From assembly GCA_051362555.1 (NCBI GenBank), contig CM120641.1, positions 49,234,401-49,298,400 on the forward strand: a stretch of 64,000 nucleotides of DNA, read 5' to 3'. This document shows, piece by piece, positions 1 to 14,500 of this stretch (within the stretch, counting starts at the first letter, position 1; every line of letters starts with the position of its first letter). The notes under the pieces were generated by a model. That model had not been told where the DNA came from. It saw only the letters and a program-made list of their open reading frames with translations, and searched no databases. The position numbers were made by a program, and so were the translations under genes. The stretch is from Lingula anatina (Eukaryota; Animalia; Brachiopoda).

Positions 1-78
1 TATTTGTCCTGGTGGAAGTCTGCACTCTCTGCTTGGTTTTTTAGTTTTGTACATAATTTAAAATACTTTAGAAAACCG

Positions 79-428
79 GTAAACTGACAGCATTTGACCT
101 TGTTGAAGTGAGCCCTTTGCTAGGAACCAAAGAGGAGAGAGATCTTACAGTGTATGCTGTATATATGTTTATATTCTCAGGTTTATCACTTTGTGTGTTA
201 TTTAATAAACTAGGTAAACTGACGGCAGTGGACCTTGTTGAAGTGAACCCTTTGCTAGGAACCAAAGAGGAGAGAGATCTTACAGTGTGTGCTGTATATA
301 TGTTTATAATCTCAGGTTTATCACTTTGTGTTATTTAATATACCAGGTAAACTGACGGCAGTGGACCTTGTAGAGGTGAACCCTTTGCTAGGAACCAAAG
401 AGGAGAGAGATCTTACAGTGTATGCTGC
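79..428. repeat. 3 copies of a ~134-bp unit spanning the arginase last-exon acceptor
   Basis: 'gtaaactgac...gatcttacagtgt' starts at 79, 214 and 347. Each unit is the first ~80 nt of the exon plus the preceding intron end. Confidence 0.9.
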
Positions 429-561
429 CACAGAGATTGCTAGGGCATGCTTTGGAAAGAAACGAGAGGGCAACATTCCCCCTGGCTACGTGCTGCCTAG
501 ACCGGACACTACCACAGTGGCGTCCTCAGCTAAATACGGGGAGGAAGTGGAAAGACCATAG
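347..561 (+). CDS. ARG: Arginase, terminal coding exon (gene begins upstream of window)
   Basis: Acceptor cag at 344-346, then GKLTAVDLVEVNPLLGTKEERDLTVYAATEIARACFGKKREGN..., matching the arginase C-terminal D-x-x-EVNP and ACFG-x-x-REGN motifs. Stop TAG 559-561; AATAAA at 1401. Confidence 0.88.
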
Positions 562-1863
562 GAACAGCAAGTCTCATCTGTGGCCTGTTCAGCTGCAAAA
601 ACCAAGCCAAACTGCTACTTTGTCTTATAATCTCCGATAGTATTCACATTATTTTTATCTTTGCACAGAACAAGCTTTACCTGGAAGTTTGGCAATTTTT
701 TCATTAATGCCAAGGGATAAACTGGCATGAATTAGCTTACAAATAAAGATCAAATGTTAGGTTTTGAAAATCAAACCCAGAAAAATGTCATTCAGAGCTT
801 AATGGAATTCTAGGCTACGCTAGTTTTCATGTTTTTTTTTTTACTGTGTAAGCCAATGGAGGTGTAGGTCATTTTTGGCTGAAAATTTTGAACTGAGTAC
901 ATCACATTTTCAACATTTATTTTGGCTCATTTCACCAAGACCCCTTTGAAACAAGGTGTCACATTTCATTTTTATTATGATGCAGAATTTATATTTGCAG
1001 CATTGCATAAACATTCCTCGATTAGTTAAAAATTAGTAAGAGATTTCACTAGTATGCTTGTTTTTCAGCATTTATTTTTGTTTCTGATGTTATGTGGAAC
1101 TTTAAGCAATGAAATTGCTCTCTTTGTCAGGTAGTTTTCTACATGAACTACTCCAGTATTGTGTAAGTTGCCTCTTCTAAATACATGACTATAATGCCAT
1201 CTGTTATTAGTTGCCACTGTCAAGTTATGGCTGTGTACTAGATATTCCACATTTAGATGTAGTGGCTTTAGCATTATAAGATTATATACATTTATACATA
1301 AACTTTATTGACCTGATTTTTTATGGATGTGGCTAGTCAACATATTTGGGTATGAATGCATGAAGTATTTTATTTTATTTACACTTTCTTGAAAAGAACT
1401 AATAAATCCATTTTTGCTTGTTTAGGTCTTGTGGAAAATGTTTCACTTGTGTCAATTTCTTCTTAGACAGTCTTTCAAGTACCGTTCCAGAGCATATTTC
1501 ATGAAATGAAATTTTTAATTTCCTTCTGGCCCTATAAAATTTTCTGCTGTTATGAGTCTGTAGAGGAGGTCAAAGGTCAAGTCTCTCCTTCCACAATTAC
1601 TGTTAAGAAATTGTTGCACCAAATTGATATTTGGTATCAAAGTGCTCCCCCATCATGCCTGGTTGTATAGAAACTGATGCTTCTCTGCAAATACAAGAGA
1701 AAATGTCAGTTTTCTCAGTAATGTTTTCTGCTGAATCCCCAACTACTGTTCCTTCATCTGGTGCTGTCAAGTCTGCTATAACATGATGCCCAACAAAATC
1801 CTTTCCTGCTGAGACAAATATCAGACCATCTTGAGAATCTTCAAATGAATACTGGGGGGCCCC

Positions 1864-4800
1864 TCACGTCATTGCAGTTTGCATGTGCTCATAGCCTGCA
1901 CGCACCAAATACTGGAAGTTGTTGTTATTCCTCAGGTCAGACAGTTCATCTGCTGTCAGTAAACTTTCCACATCTGGTAGGTAGTCCATTACATCTGAAC
2001 CTAAAAACAATTTATATGGACATCGAGCAGAAAATATAAACTGCATAAAACAAAATAGTTGAGCTCGTACAGATGACATAGATAATAAATTACTAGAAAA
2101 AAAGGAAGTATACTTTTGGGTAACTTCTTACACACTTAATCAAATCTTTGATATTTGTGTATTTTTATTTACCTTTTAACTACCCGTATCTGCATACAAG
2201 TGACAAATCATCGTGTAAAATGCAGTCTTCAGTTGCTATGTGCTTTATTTAAATATTACTGAAATGATCTAGAAAGCTTTCTTATTTAGAGGAATGAACT
2301 GTCATTCTACCCTGTCACTGATTCTAACCCCTAAATGCATACCTTCAGTGTAGATGAGTTCCACTGTTTTGAAAAATATGGTTTCTCGGCTGTTTTCCAG
2401 GGGGTTGTCTGTCTGAATGTCCACCCAGCTACAATATTGTGATTATATATTTATATAAATACACACATAGTTACAAGAAGATCATCATTATAAATTGATA
2501 TAAATAAACAAACAGTTACAATACTAGCCTTGGTAAGTGCACTGACACTGGCTAACTACTATCACATATGTAGATAAATGTAGATGTGACACAATAGTTG
2601 TTTTATATAATTCTTTCCACTGATTCAGAATCATGTATTAAGGTAAACAAACTACTGCAACAGGAAATTTTTCTTCACTGGAGAAATAAAAATTTGGTGC
2701 CAATGCATTATAAAGTCAGAATATTGTACTTTTCTAAAGAATATCTTCAACTTCTCTCTAGCATGCATAGAGAACTAATTGTTTCTTACTAAGTTTGTTA
2801 TCTCACCAAGGAATGTATAGGGTTATTGTTTGAACACATACTTGTCTCTCCCTATGGCTTTACACCAGATGTGTAGTTTTAAGGCTTCACTGTCTACGTC
2901 TGGGGCATCCTGTTTAAAAAAAATAACACATACTCTGACTCACTGCTTTATCACAGTAACACTACAGTAGCAAACAAAATTTCAATTTGCAACAAATTTC
3001 TGATCATGATTACACCTTTGATCACTCCAAATTTTGCAAATTTGAAAATATTTCAAAATTGAAAAACAAGTGATAAAAATGTCTAAAATTCCGCTACTCT
3101 GCACAGCTATTGGTTCTTCAACAAGAAAAGGACACTTCTAATTTCCAGTATGTCATCCCAAGTCATCCTACTTACTTTATCAATATAACTGAGCAGACCC
3201 AAAGCCTTCTTGACCGAGTCATTCTAATTACTTTATCAATATAACTGAGCAGACCCAAAGCCTTCTTGACCGAGTCATTCTACTTACTTTATTAATATAA
3301 CTGAGCAGACCCAAAGCCTTCTTGACCGAGTCATTCTACTTACTTTATCAATATAACTGAGCAGATCCAAAGCCTTCTTGAAGTCAAACTCATTGGCTTT
3401 CTCATTCACATCACTGACATACAGCTCTATTAATTGTTTGGGGCTAAAAACCTGCATGTTATCAGGATCTAAACCAAGATGCTGCAACAGAGAGAGAGAG
3501 AATGGCTGTGAACTGAGATATTAGATTGTGTGTTTGCCTGTGGGTTATGGAAGACAGCTAATGTTTGTTAGTTAATGAGAGTGAAGACATTTTACTAATA
3601 TATTTGTATAATATATCAAAAGAAATGAACACTACTTCCCCGACTTCTTATATGGTATTTAAAGAGCAGTTATGGTTACCTCTATAATATCCTGAGGAAG
3701 TGTTTCCTGGTGCAATAAGAGATTTAATTCTTCATTCAAATCTGTAAACAAATGTATTTAACTGTGGACTATTATGCTACTGCAATTTGAACATTTTCCA
3801 AGACCTTGTTCAGTGATACCATTATCAATATCACAATTACACAACTCACAATAAGCTACTAACTTTAAATTTAAAATTTATTCTGCTACCATGACTTCTG
3901 ACAGCTTTCTGTACTTTATCAAATTTAAAGTTAAAACTTTAAGAGAAAGAGCAACCTTCCATAGCATCCTGTATTTTCTTGACCTTAAAATTTAACAAGA
4001 CTTTAAGAGAGAGCTACCTTCCATAGCATCCTGTATTTTCTCGACATTAAAATTTAACAAGACTTTAAGAGAGAGCTACCTTCCATAGCATCCTGTATTT
4101 TATCCACAGGTTCATCGGCAGCCAATGCAGACAGCTTGCTCAAGCTCAGTAAGGTCTGAAATAAAAGTATTTACAAATGTACATTCATACCGCATTCATT
4201 TGTGGTGGTGACAATCCAAATCCTGAAATATTGTATGTTCTGTCACTCCTTTTGACTACATTCTTACTTCTGTGTCAATAGCTGCCTATTACATCACCAG
4301 CTCACAATTTTACAATTTTAGCAACCACACTTTCTGATTTCTTGATGGCAATTTTTTCTTAAGGCTTGCAATAATAAGGTAAAGGCGCGAAACTCCTGTC
4401 ATGCTGTTTATGTTAGTTGCACAGTTCAACAATTTTTCTAATGTCAAAAATATATTTACTCTATGATACATGCCCTAATTCTTAAAATGATTCAAAAAAG
4501 AAATTCATTCTTCCTACCTTTTTCTTTGACAGATACTCAGTTTCATCAAGAGCCAGCTCCTTTAGATTCTTATGTGCCTGTGGAAAGAAACAAACCACTG
4601 TGTTACTTTACAGAGTCATCCTCTGACTGTTGCAATCACTCCACAGAACACTTTGTACAGCTGTGTTCATAAGTGTCACCTAACATCCTGGTCACTCTTA
4701 GCTCTTATATACCAGAGGTAGTACCTGCATAAACTCTCCTGTGTTAATCTTATATACCAGAGGCAGTACCTGCATAAACTCTCCTGTGTTAATCTTATAT

Positions 4801-5480
4801 ACCAGAGGCAGTACCTGCATAAACTCTCCTGTGTTAATCTTATATACCAGAGGTAGTACCTGCATAAACTCTCCTGTGTTAATCTTATATACCAGAGGCA
4901 GTACCTGCATAAACTCTCCTGTGTTAATCTTATATACCAGAGGCAGTAGCTGCATAAACTCTCCTGTGTTAATCTTATATACCAGAGGTAGTACCTGCAT
5001 AAACTCTCCTGTGTAAATCTTATATACCAGAGGCAGTAGCTGCATAAACTCTCCTGTGTTAATCTTATATACCAGAGGTAGTACCTGCATAAACTCTCCT
5101 GTGTAAATCTTATATACCAGAGGCAGTAGCTGCATAAACTCTCCTGTGTTAATCTTAAATACCAGAGGTAGTACCTGCATAAACTCTCCTGTGTTAATCT
5201 CGTGAAGCCAGCTGAGAAACTTGGTATTTTCTGCTTGTAAAAACCGTCCTAGTGCAGCATTGTGGACCAGGGGCTGGGTCAACAGTTTGCCCCTCTTGCC
5301 TGGGAAATAAACCAATCACAGAAAATGACTCAAAATGTTATATATATAAATATAAAAACAAATCACAGGTGACTCAAATTAGTATGTATAAAAACAACAG
5401 GTCACAGAAAATAATTGCCAGATATTTAAAACAGTGACAACTTTTTCAAAACTTAGGAAAAGGACTGTGAGAGTTATTTC

Positions 5481-5529
<49 letters not shown>

Positions 5530-8500
5530 CAATCAGATATTGCAACCAGGAGGGTTGAAGTTCTACATATATTTATTTAATTCACAAATTCAAAGGAGGC
5601 CTGGTTATTTTGGCCCTGTTGCACACTATAAGTTGTCACTCTCCCTTTTATTTTTTTATTTTATTTTTTTTGTACTGTAAAGTGAAACATTTCCTTACAG
5701 TACAAAAGGTGAATCGGCTAGTAATCATGGCTGCATGAGTGAGGATCCCAGTAATACACATAGAGGTGTTAAGTGAAAGGGCAGAGACAATGGAATTGTC
5801 CAGAGCCGCTTATTTGAGACAGATAATTAAACTCTACAATGAAATGGAAACCTTAATGCTTGAATTCCATAACTATCAGGCAGTGATCCAGTAAAAAGAC
5901 AACTTGAATGAAGCCTTTGAGAAGCTGAAACCAATCCAATTAGAGTATGCTGATATTCTAAGCCATCATTTAAACCATACAAATATGGTTTATGCTAGTG
6001 TAGTTAAAAATAAACTGCAATTTGACCGAAGACTTCAAATGGAATGCATCTCGTCAGAGACAGCATCATTTAACAAACTGGTGGCACACAGACAGCTCCA
6101 GTTTCTCAAGGTTGTCTAAAGCCAGTGGTTGAGTCAGCAAGAAGATAAAAGAGTCAAAGGTGAAAGCCTAGGTTGTCAGGTTAAAACTCTAACAACTCTC
6201 CATAGAAGAGGACATGAAGCCTAGGTTGCCAGGTTAAAACTCTAACAACTCTCCATAGAAGAGGACATGAAGCCTAGGTTGTCAGGTTAAAACTCTAACA
6301 ACTCTCCATAGAAGAGGACTTGAAGCCTAGGTTGTCAGGTTAAAACTCTAACAACTCTCCATAGAAGAAGACATGAAGATAAAAGAGTCAAAGGTGAAAG
6401 CCTAGGTTGCCAGGTTAAAACTCTAACAACTCTCCATAGAAGAGGACATGAAGCCTGGGTTGTCAGGTTAAAACTCTAACAACTCTCCATAGAAGAGGAC
6501 TTGAAGCCTAGGTTGCCAGGTTAAAACTCTAACAACTCTCCATAGAAGAGGACATGAAGCCTAGGTTGTCAGGTTAAAACTCTAACAACTCTCCATAGAA
6601 GAGGACATGAAGCATAAACAAATGATCTATGAACAGGAACAAGAGAGCAAAAGACATGAGGGTGAACAAGAATTCAAATGCAAAAGGCAAGAGAGTGAAA
6701 GTCAATCTTACCTACTGAAAGTTTGTCCCTAACCACAGCAGGACTGTAAGGCTACAGCAGGACTGTGTAAGACTACAGCAGGACTGTAAGACTACAGCAG
6801 GACTGTGTAAGACTACAGCAGGACTGTAAGGCTACAGCAGGACTGTAAGGCTACAGCAGGACTGTAAGACTACAGCAGGACTGTGTAAGACTACAGCAGG
6901 ACTGTAAGACTACAGCAGGACTGTGTAAGACTACAGCAGGACTGTAAGGCTACAGCAGGACTGTGTAAGACTACAGCAGGACTATGTAACATTAGCTCAA
7001 CAAATCTGCCACACATACCTTCTTCCATGTACCACTTGAAGACAAAGTCTGAGAAACCCTGGAACAAAGCAAATCATTTGATAAGTCATTGAAATAACTA
7101 TAGTTAAACTAGTCTCATTTAAACTATTTATAAGATGTTAGTTTGTAAAAATCTGAAAATTAAAACATACTAGATGTTTGGATGATATCTTATCATCATA
7201 CCCAACTCCCATACTGTGTCATGTGAAAGCAATACTGATTCCCATACCATGCCATGTGAAAGCATACCTGATTCCCATACCATGTCATGTGAATCAATAC
7301 TGATTCTCATACCGTGTCATGTGAAAGCATACCTGATTCCCATACCATGTCATGTGAAAGCAATGCCTGATTCCCATAACATGCCATGTGAAAGGATACC
7401 TGATTTCCATACTGTGTCATATATCGCTGCAGACGCTCCTGGTTGTTGCTCTCCTCACATATCTTGACCAAAATACCAAAGTCCAAATACTTCTCAGCCA
7501 AAGCTGCAGCTCTGTCATACTGCTCCAACTTTACTAAAGAGAAAATAAGTCATCTCATACTCTCAGCAGCTCAGTCATACTGCTCCAACTTTACTAAAGA
7601 GAAAATATGTCATCTCATACTCTCAGTCAAATTTGCATCTGTCTATCTTGTTGTAAACAGAGAAACAGGATGATTCAAACAAAAACACATTTGTAGATGA
7701 ATCCATATTTGTAAAAGAAAAAGGTAAATAAGAAAGAAAAATCTAAACAGTGAAGCTGCCAAATATACAGATACTTAAAGTGAGTTTCAGTATTTTTCTC
7801 CTATTAACAAACCATGATAAAGAGTGTACTGATAGAATACTTACCAAATGGCATGATAAGGTTGTGTCTGGCCTGGGTATAGGATTGCTGGACCTCTAGC
7901 ATGTGTTCTGTGTCCCCTGGCAGCATTCGTAGAGAGTCCAGCTGGCAGCGATATCCATCCAGCAACACATCAGTGATGTTCACCAGCTGCTGCAGGAGGG
8001 CGCCACGTGTCTGGACGTCTTGGGATTCACTTACAGCATGTTCCACCGTCAACTGGTGCTGTGAACACATAGAAATATAATCACATTAACTAACACTAAC
8101 TGCATGTTCCACAGTCAACTGGTGCTGTGAATACACAGAAATATAATCACATTAACTAACACTAACAGCATGTTCCACAGTCAACTGGTGCTGTGAATAC
8201 ACAGAAATATAATCACATTAACTAACACTAACTGCATGTTCCACAGTCAACTGGTGCTGTGAATACATAGAAATATAATCACATTAACTAACACTAACAG
8301 CATGTTCCACAGTCAACTGGTGCTGTGAATACACAGAAATATAATCACATTAACTAGCACTAACAGCATGTTCCACAGTCAACTGGTGCTGTGAATACAC
8401 AGAAATATAATCACATTAACTAACACTAACAGCATGTTCCACAGTCAACTGGTGCTGTGAATACATAGAAAATTAATCACATTAACTAACACTAACAGCA

Positions 8501-11500
8501 TGTTCCACAGTCAACTGGTGCTGTGAATACATAGAAATATAACCTTATATACTAACAAACCACATGCCTACTTATTCACATAAATGTTGTATGCACATAT
8601 AAATAAGTATGGTTTTCAGATAATTACTACAGAGGGAATTCACAAGATAAGTTTACCAAACTGACAATTGTTATCTATGCTAATAGTAATAGCAACAGAA
8701 CAAACTGACAATTGTTATCTATGCTAATAGTAATAGCAACAGAACAAACTGACAATTGTTATCTATGCTAATAGTAATAGCAACAGAACAAACTGACAAT
8801 TGTTATCTAGGCTAATAGTAATAGCAACAGAACAAACTGACAATTGTTATCTATGCTAATAGTAATAGCAACAGAACAAACTGACAATTGTTATCTAGGC
8901 TAATAGTAATAGCAACAGAACAAACTGACAATTGTTATCTAGGCTAATAGTAATAGCAACAGAACAAACTGACAATTGTTATCTAGGCTAATAGTAATAG
9001 CAACAGACCAAACTGACAATTGTTATCTAGGCTAATGGTAATAGCAACAGAACAAACTGACAATTGTTATCTAGGCTAATAGTAATAGCAACAGAACAAA
9101 CTGAGACAACTTTTCTAATTTTACCTGTTTTGTCACCAAATTCCTGACTCCCTTCATACCAGAGGAGGCGGTCCACGGCAGGTACTCAGGATCGCGTATG
9201 TGTGGATTTGGGGCCTGGAACACAGCTACTTTAGACACTCTGTACTGCCAGGCTTCATGTAACATACCCTACAACAGACAATGATATAATTATGTGTAGA
9301 CACTCTGTACTGCCAGGCTTCTTGTAACATATCCTACAACAGACAATGATATCATTATGTGTAGACACTCTGTACTGCCAGGCTTCATGTAACATACCCT
9401 ACAACAGACAATGATATCATTATGTGTAGACACTCTGTACTGCCAGACTTCATGTAACATATCCTACAACAGACAATGATATCATTATGTCAAATAACAT
9501 CAGCAGTCTTTTTCCTTGTTTAAACAGTCAGAGGATTGTCTATAATATTGACAACAATGTTATACCTATATTATTGTATTGACAGCTAAGATTACACACC
9601 TACCTCTATTATTGTATTGACAGCTAAGATAACGGACACCATCTCTTTTGGACTGGTATCAGAGGTGAGCAGCTCCTCTTCGTGTTCCAGGAAAACCTCC
9701 ACAATTTCCTGGATTCTAGATACCTAAGGAGAGAAAAGCATGTTTCTTATAACTGTGAACTCCATCAGTGCTAATTCCAGATATATGGTTTGTTGGAAAT
9801 GATGCCATATTTAAAACAAGACAATACAATGTCTGCAGATGATAAGAATTACAAACAATTTCTTAAGAATTACAAAATTTCTTAGGTAGTTAAATTCCTA
9901 CAGTCCCAAAAGGATTATTGACAATTGAGGTATTCTGTAATAACATATAATGCTGACACAGAGCATCTATCCTCCTGTCACCCCCAGGGAAAGGTTTCCA
10001 GTTAGAGGAATCTATCCTCCTGTCACCCCCAGGGAAAGGTTTCCAGTTAGAGGAATCTATCCTCCTGTCACCCCCAGGGAAAGGTTTATGAGGAAGAGGC
10101 ATCTATCCTCATGTCACCCCCAGGGAAAGGTTTACCAGTTAGAGGCATCTATCCTCATGTCACCCCCAGGGAAAGGTTTACCAGTTAGAGGCATCTATCC
10201 TCATGTCACCCCCAGGGAAAGGTTTACCAGTTAGAGGCATCTATCCTCATGTCACCCCCAGGGAAAGGTTTACCAGTTAGAGGCATCTATCCTCATGTCA
10301 CCCCCAGGGAAAGGTTTACCAGTTAGAGGCATCTATCCTCATGTCACCCCCAGGGAAAGGTTTGCCAGTTAGAGGCATCTATCCTCATGTCACCCCCAGG
10401 GAAAGGTTTACCAGTTAGAGGCATCTATCCTCATGTCACCCCCAGGGAAAGGTTTACCAGTTAGAGGCATCTATCCTCATGTCACCCCCAGGGAAAGGTT
10501 TACCAGTTAGAGGCATCTATCCTCATGTCACCCCCAGGGAAAGGTTTACCAGTTAGAGGCATCTATCCTCATGTCACCCCCAGGGAAAGGTTTACCAGTT
10601 AGAGGCATCTATCCTCATGTCACCCCCAGGGAAAGGTTTACCAGTTAGAGGCATCTATCCTCATGTCACCCCCAGGGAAAGGTTTACCAGTTAGAGGCAT
10701 CTATCCTCATGTCACCCCCAGGGAAAGGTTTACCAGTTAGAGGCATCTATCCTCATGTCACCCCCAGGGAAAGGTTTACCAGTTAGAGGCATCTATCCTC
10801 ATGTCACCCCCAGGGAAAGGTTTACCAGTTAGAGGCATCTATCCTCATGTCACCCCCAGGGAAAGGTTTACCAGTTAGAGGCATCTATCCTCATGTCACC
10901 CCCAGGGAAAGGTTTACCAGTTAGAGGCATCTATCCTCATGTCACCCCCAGGGAAAGGTTTACCAGTTAGAGGCATCTATCCTCATGTCACCCCCAGGGA
11001 AAGGTTTACCAGTTAGAGGCATCTATCCTCATGTCACCCCCAGGGAAAGGTTTACCAGTTAGAGGCATCTATCCTCATGTCACCCCCAGGGAAAGGTTTA
11101 CCAGTTAGAGGAATCTATCCTCATGTCACCCCCAGGGAAAGGTTTACCAGTTAGAGGCATCTATCCTCATGTCACCCCCAGGGAAAGGTTTACCAGTTAG
11201 AGGCATCTATCCTCATGTCACCCCCATGGAAAGGTTTACCAGTTAGAGGCATCTATCCTCATGTCACCCCCAGGGAAAGGTTTACCAGTTAGAGGCATCT
11301 ATCCTCATGTCACCCCCAGGGAAAGGTTTACCAGTTAGAGGAATCTATCCTCCTGTCACCCCCAGGGAAAGGTTTACCAGTTAGAGGCATCTATCCTCAT
11401 GTCACCCCCAGGGAAAGGTTTACCAGTTAGAGGAATCTATCCTCATGTCACCCCCAGGGAAAGGTTTACCAGTTAGAGGCAGAGACAATGAGCAAACTTA

Positions 11501-14500
11501 CTTCCCGATAAAACACATCATGAGGGGTGAGTCCAGGTGGCAGTTTAGATTGTCCTCGTTTTTCCAACACTTTTCTGAGCACTTGGTCCACCAGCCGAGG
11601 GTTTCTATGGAAATATTATATTATTATATCATCTCATTATATTAAAGTATCACATTTTATATTGGCTTGGTCCACAAAAACGACGGGTGACATTTTATCA
11701 TCAACATGTAGACACATGTGCTGTGTTGTCTGCTTCCAATAAAATATGAATATTTTTAACCTAATGAAATTGTCCTTACCTGCTCGAATTTAACAGTGTT
11801 TTTATGATAGGTTATATTTTGATGTTTTTTAAATTACTTATGTACAGAAGGAAAAAGTTAATGCTTAAAAATTGAGACAAAAATTATCATGTGATAGCAA
11901 ACTTTCCCTGCAACAGCTACAAACAGGCCTTTAAAAATTATAAATTGCTATCCTATATCCTGAACAGGTGTAATACAAATCCACTTACTGTGTGTGTAGC
12001 TGTCTTAGAGCTATGGCTGCCACTAGTTTCTCTGCATGTTCACACAGCAATAGCCTGGTTGACGTCACAGTATCACGTACTGTTATAGTACCCAGCTGAA
12101 ATTACGAGGATCATTATCAAACTTTATCAATTTTCACACAGCAGTAGCCTGGTTGACATCACAGTATCACACACTGTTATAGTACCCAGCTGAAATTACG
12201 AGGATCGTTATTAAACTTTATCAATTTTCACACAGCAGTAGCCTGGTTGACATCACAGTATCACGTACTGTTATAGTACCCAGCTGAAATTACGAGGATC
12301 ATTATCAAACTTTATCAATTTTCACACAGCAGTAGCCTGGTTGACATCACAGTATCACGCACTGTTATAGTACCCAGCTGAAATTACGAGGATCATTATC
12401 AAACTTTATCAATTTTCACACAGCAGTAGCCTGGTTGACATCACAGTATCACACACTGTTATAGTACCCAGCTGAAATTACAAGGATCGTTATTAAACTT
12501 TATCAATTTGTAACTCTTCTTCACAAAATTGTTACCAGATATAATCATACCATAATAGACATAAAAACAGACTTAGTATATTACAGAAAAGTTGTTCACC
12601 AATTATTCCAAGCTGATACCTATTTTGTTTTATCAATAATGATAATAAAAATAAAGATAAACCTTTTCCCAGAGCTTAACAGACTTGAGGAAGCCTATAA
12701 GGTAGCCATGAGCCTTTTGTTTGTCTTGAAGCTGATGGAGTAGTATTAGAGAGCCTGAAGTGGTGGCAACATCTAGAAAAAATTATCAGATATTGTAAAT
12801 TGAGTTTGAACAGAACTAATACCATACTTTTTACAAGTGTAAGCATTTGCTGACAACTTCAATTAATCTAATACTGTTTATTCAAATTGGTTTTGACATT
12901 TCTACAGTACTACAAGGAGAAAAGTGCCTTACCTTGTGGCATAGCTCTAACATTACAAGGATAACAGTACCTTACCTTGTGGCATAGCTCTAACATTACA
13001 AGGATAACAGTGCCTTACCTTGTGGCATGGCTCTAACATTACAAGGATAACAGTGCCTTACCTTGTGGCATAGCTCTAACATTACAAGGATAACAGTGCC
13101 TTACCTTGTGGCATAGCTCTAACATTACAAGGATAACAGTGCCTTACCTTGTGGCATGGCTCTAACATTACAAGGATAACAGTGCCTTACCTTGTGGCAT
13201 GGCTCTAACATTACAAGGATAACAGTGCCTTACCTTGTGGCATAGCTCTAACATTACAAGGATAACAGTGCCTTACCTTGTGGCATGGCTCTAACATTAC
13301 AAGGATAACAGTGCCTTACCTTGTGGCATAGCTCTAACATTACAAGGATAACAGTGCCTTACCTTGTGGCATAGCTCTAACATTACAAGGATAACAGTGC
13401 CTTACCTTGTGGCATAGCTCTAACATTACAAGGATAACAGTGCCTTACCTTGTGGCATAGCTCTAACATTACAAGGATAACAGTGCCTTACCTTGTGGCA
13501 TAGCTTCAGCCCAGCGGGGATCTGAGGCAGGAAAGTCATCAATGAGGTCCCTGCTGAGGGTGGCCACCATGGCATCCAACTGAGAGCCAGGTTCTAAAGA
13601 TCTGGTTGTTTTGGGAGGAAAAAGATCATCCACTATGGACTGGGCTTCTGCCTGAGAGATATAAGTCAGGTGGTAAATAAGTCAATCTCCTAAGATGATG
13701 GTCACCTATGTTGCAACATTGTTGTTACATTATCTGGTCATTTTTAACTCAGAAATTGATTATTATTGTATCTCTTCACATTCATTTTGACAAAAGGTGC
13801 CATGGCCACTTAATCACCATTTTTACACCAACGATATTGCTCAAAAATAAAATCCAGATATGACATTATTTTTGATTCTAAGGTACAATTCAGGTATTTT
13901 AATTTAAAAACATCATTATATCATATCTTTATACAGTCAAAAAGAACAAGTTAAAATGTCATACCTGGTTTCCTCTACATAGATGTAGGAAAGCTGCCTT
14001 CAGCCGTGTCTGTTGGTCTTCACTCATGCTAAGTTCAGCAACCACCTGGTCTGATGTTCCCATCACAGACTAGAGCAGAAACAACAATAAGAGAAATTGG
14101 TGAAATATGTGTCTTGTATTCTGTTGATATCACAAGGACTGATTTGAGAGTTGTACTGACAGCTGCACTAAGCACAGAGGATTCTCTAAAACCAAAAGTG
14201 ACATTTCTGCCCCAAGGACATGTATATTACATAACATAAGTAATAATGGAAAACAACTGTAAAGAAAAATGTATCCATGAATTATGCATTATCACATCAT
14301 GATCATATCATTATCATATCATTAAACACATTCCTGCTCCATGAATGGACTTGTTACTACCTGTCAAGGTCCCCCCCCTCCCTCCTTAAAAAATAATAAA
14401 AATAAAATAAAATAATAAAAACGAATATAGCTTCTTTATAGATTGAAGTTGGATGAATATTTCCTTTTTCTATAGAAACTTCAACCATGTAGCAGTTCTG

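Noticed and set aside
4698-5315. 205-aa and 227-aa (28785-29468) repetitive ORFs as standalone genes
   Set aside because: They are Nup133 exons read through into donor-spanning intronic repeats and have no independent start.
5904-6119. 71-aa ORF upstream of the 53-bp minisatellite
   Set aside because: No recognisable domain, and the Nup133 model is complete and in phase without it. Possibly a decayed TE fragment.
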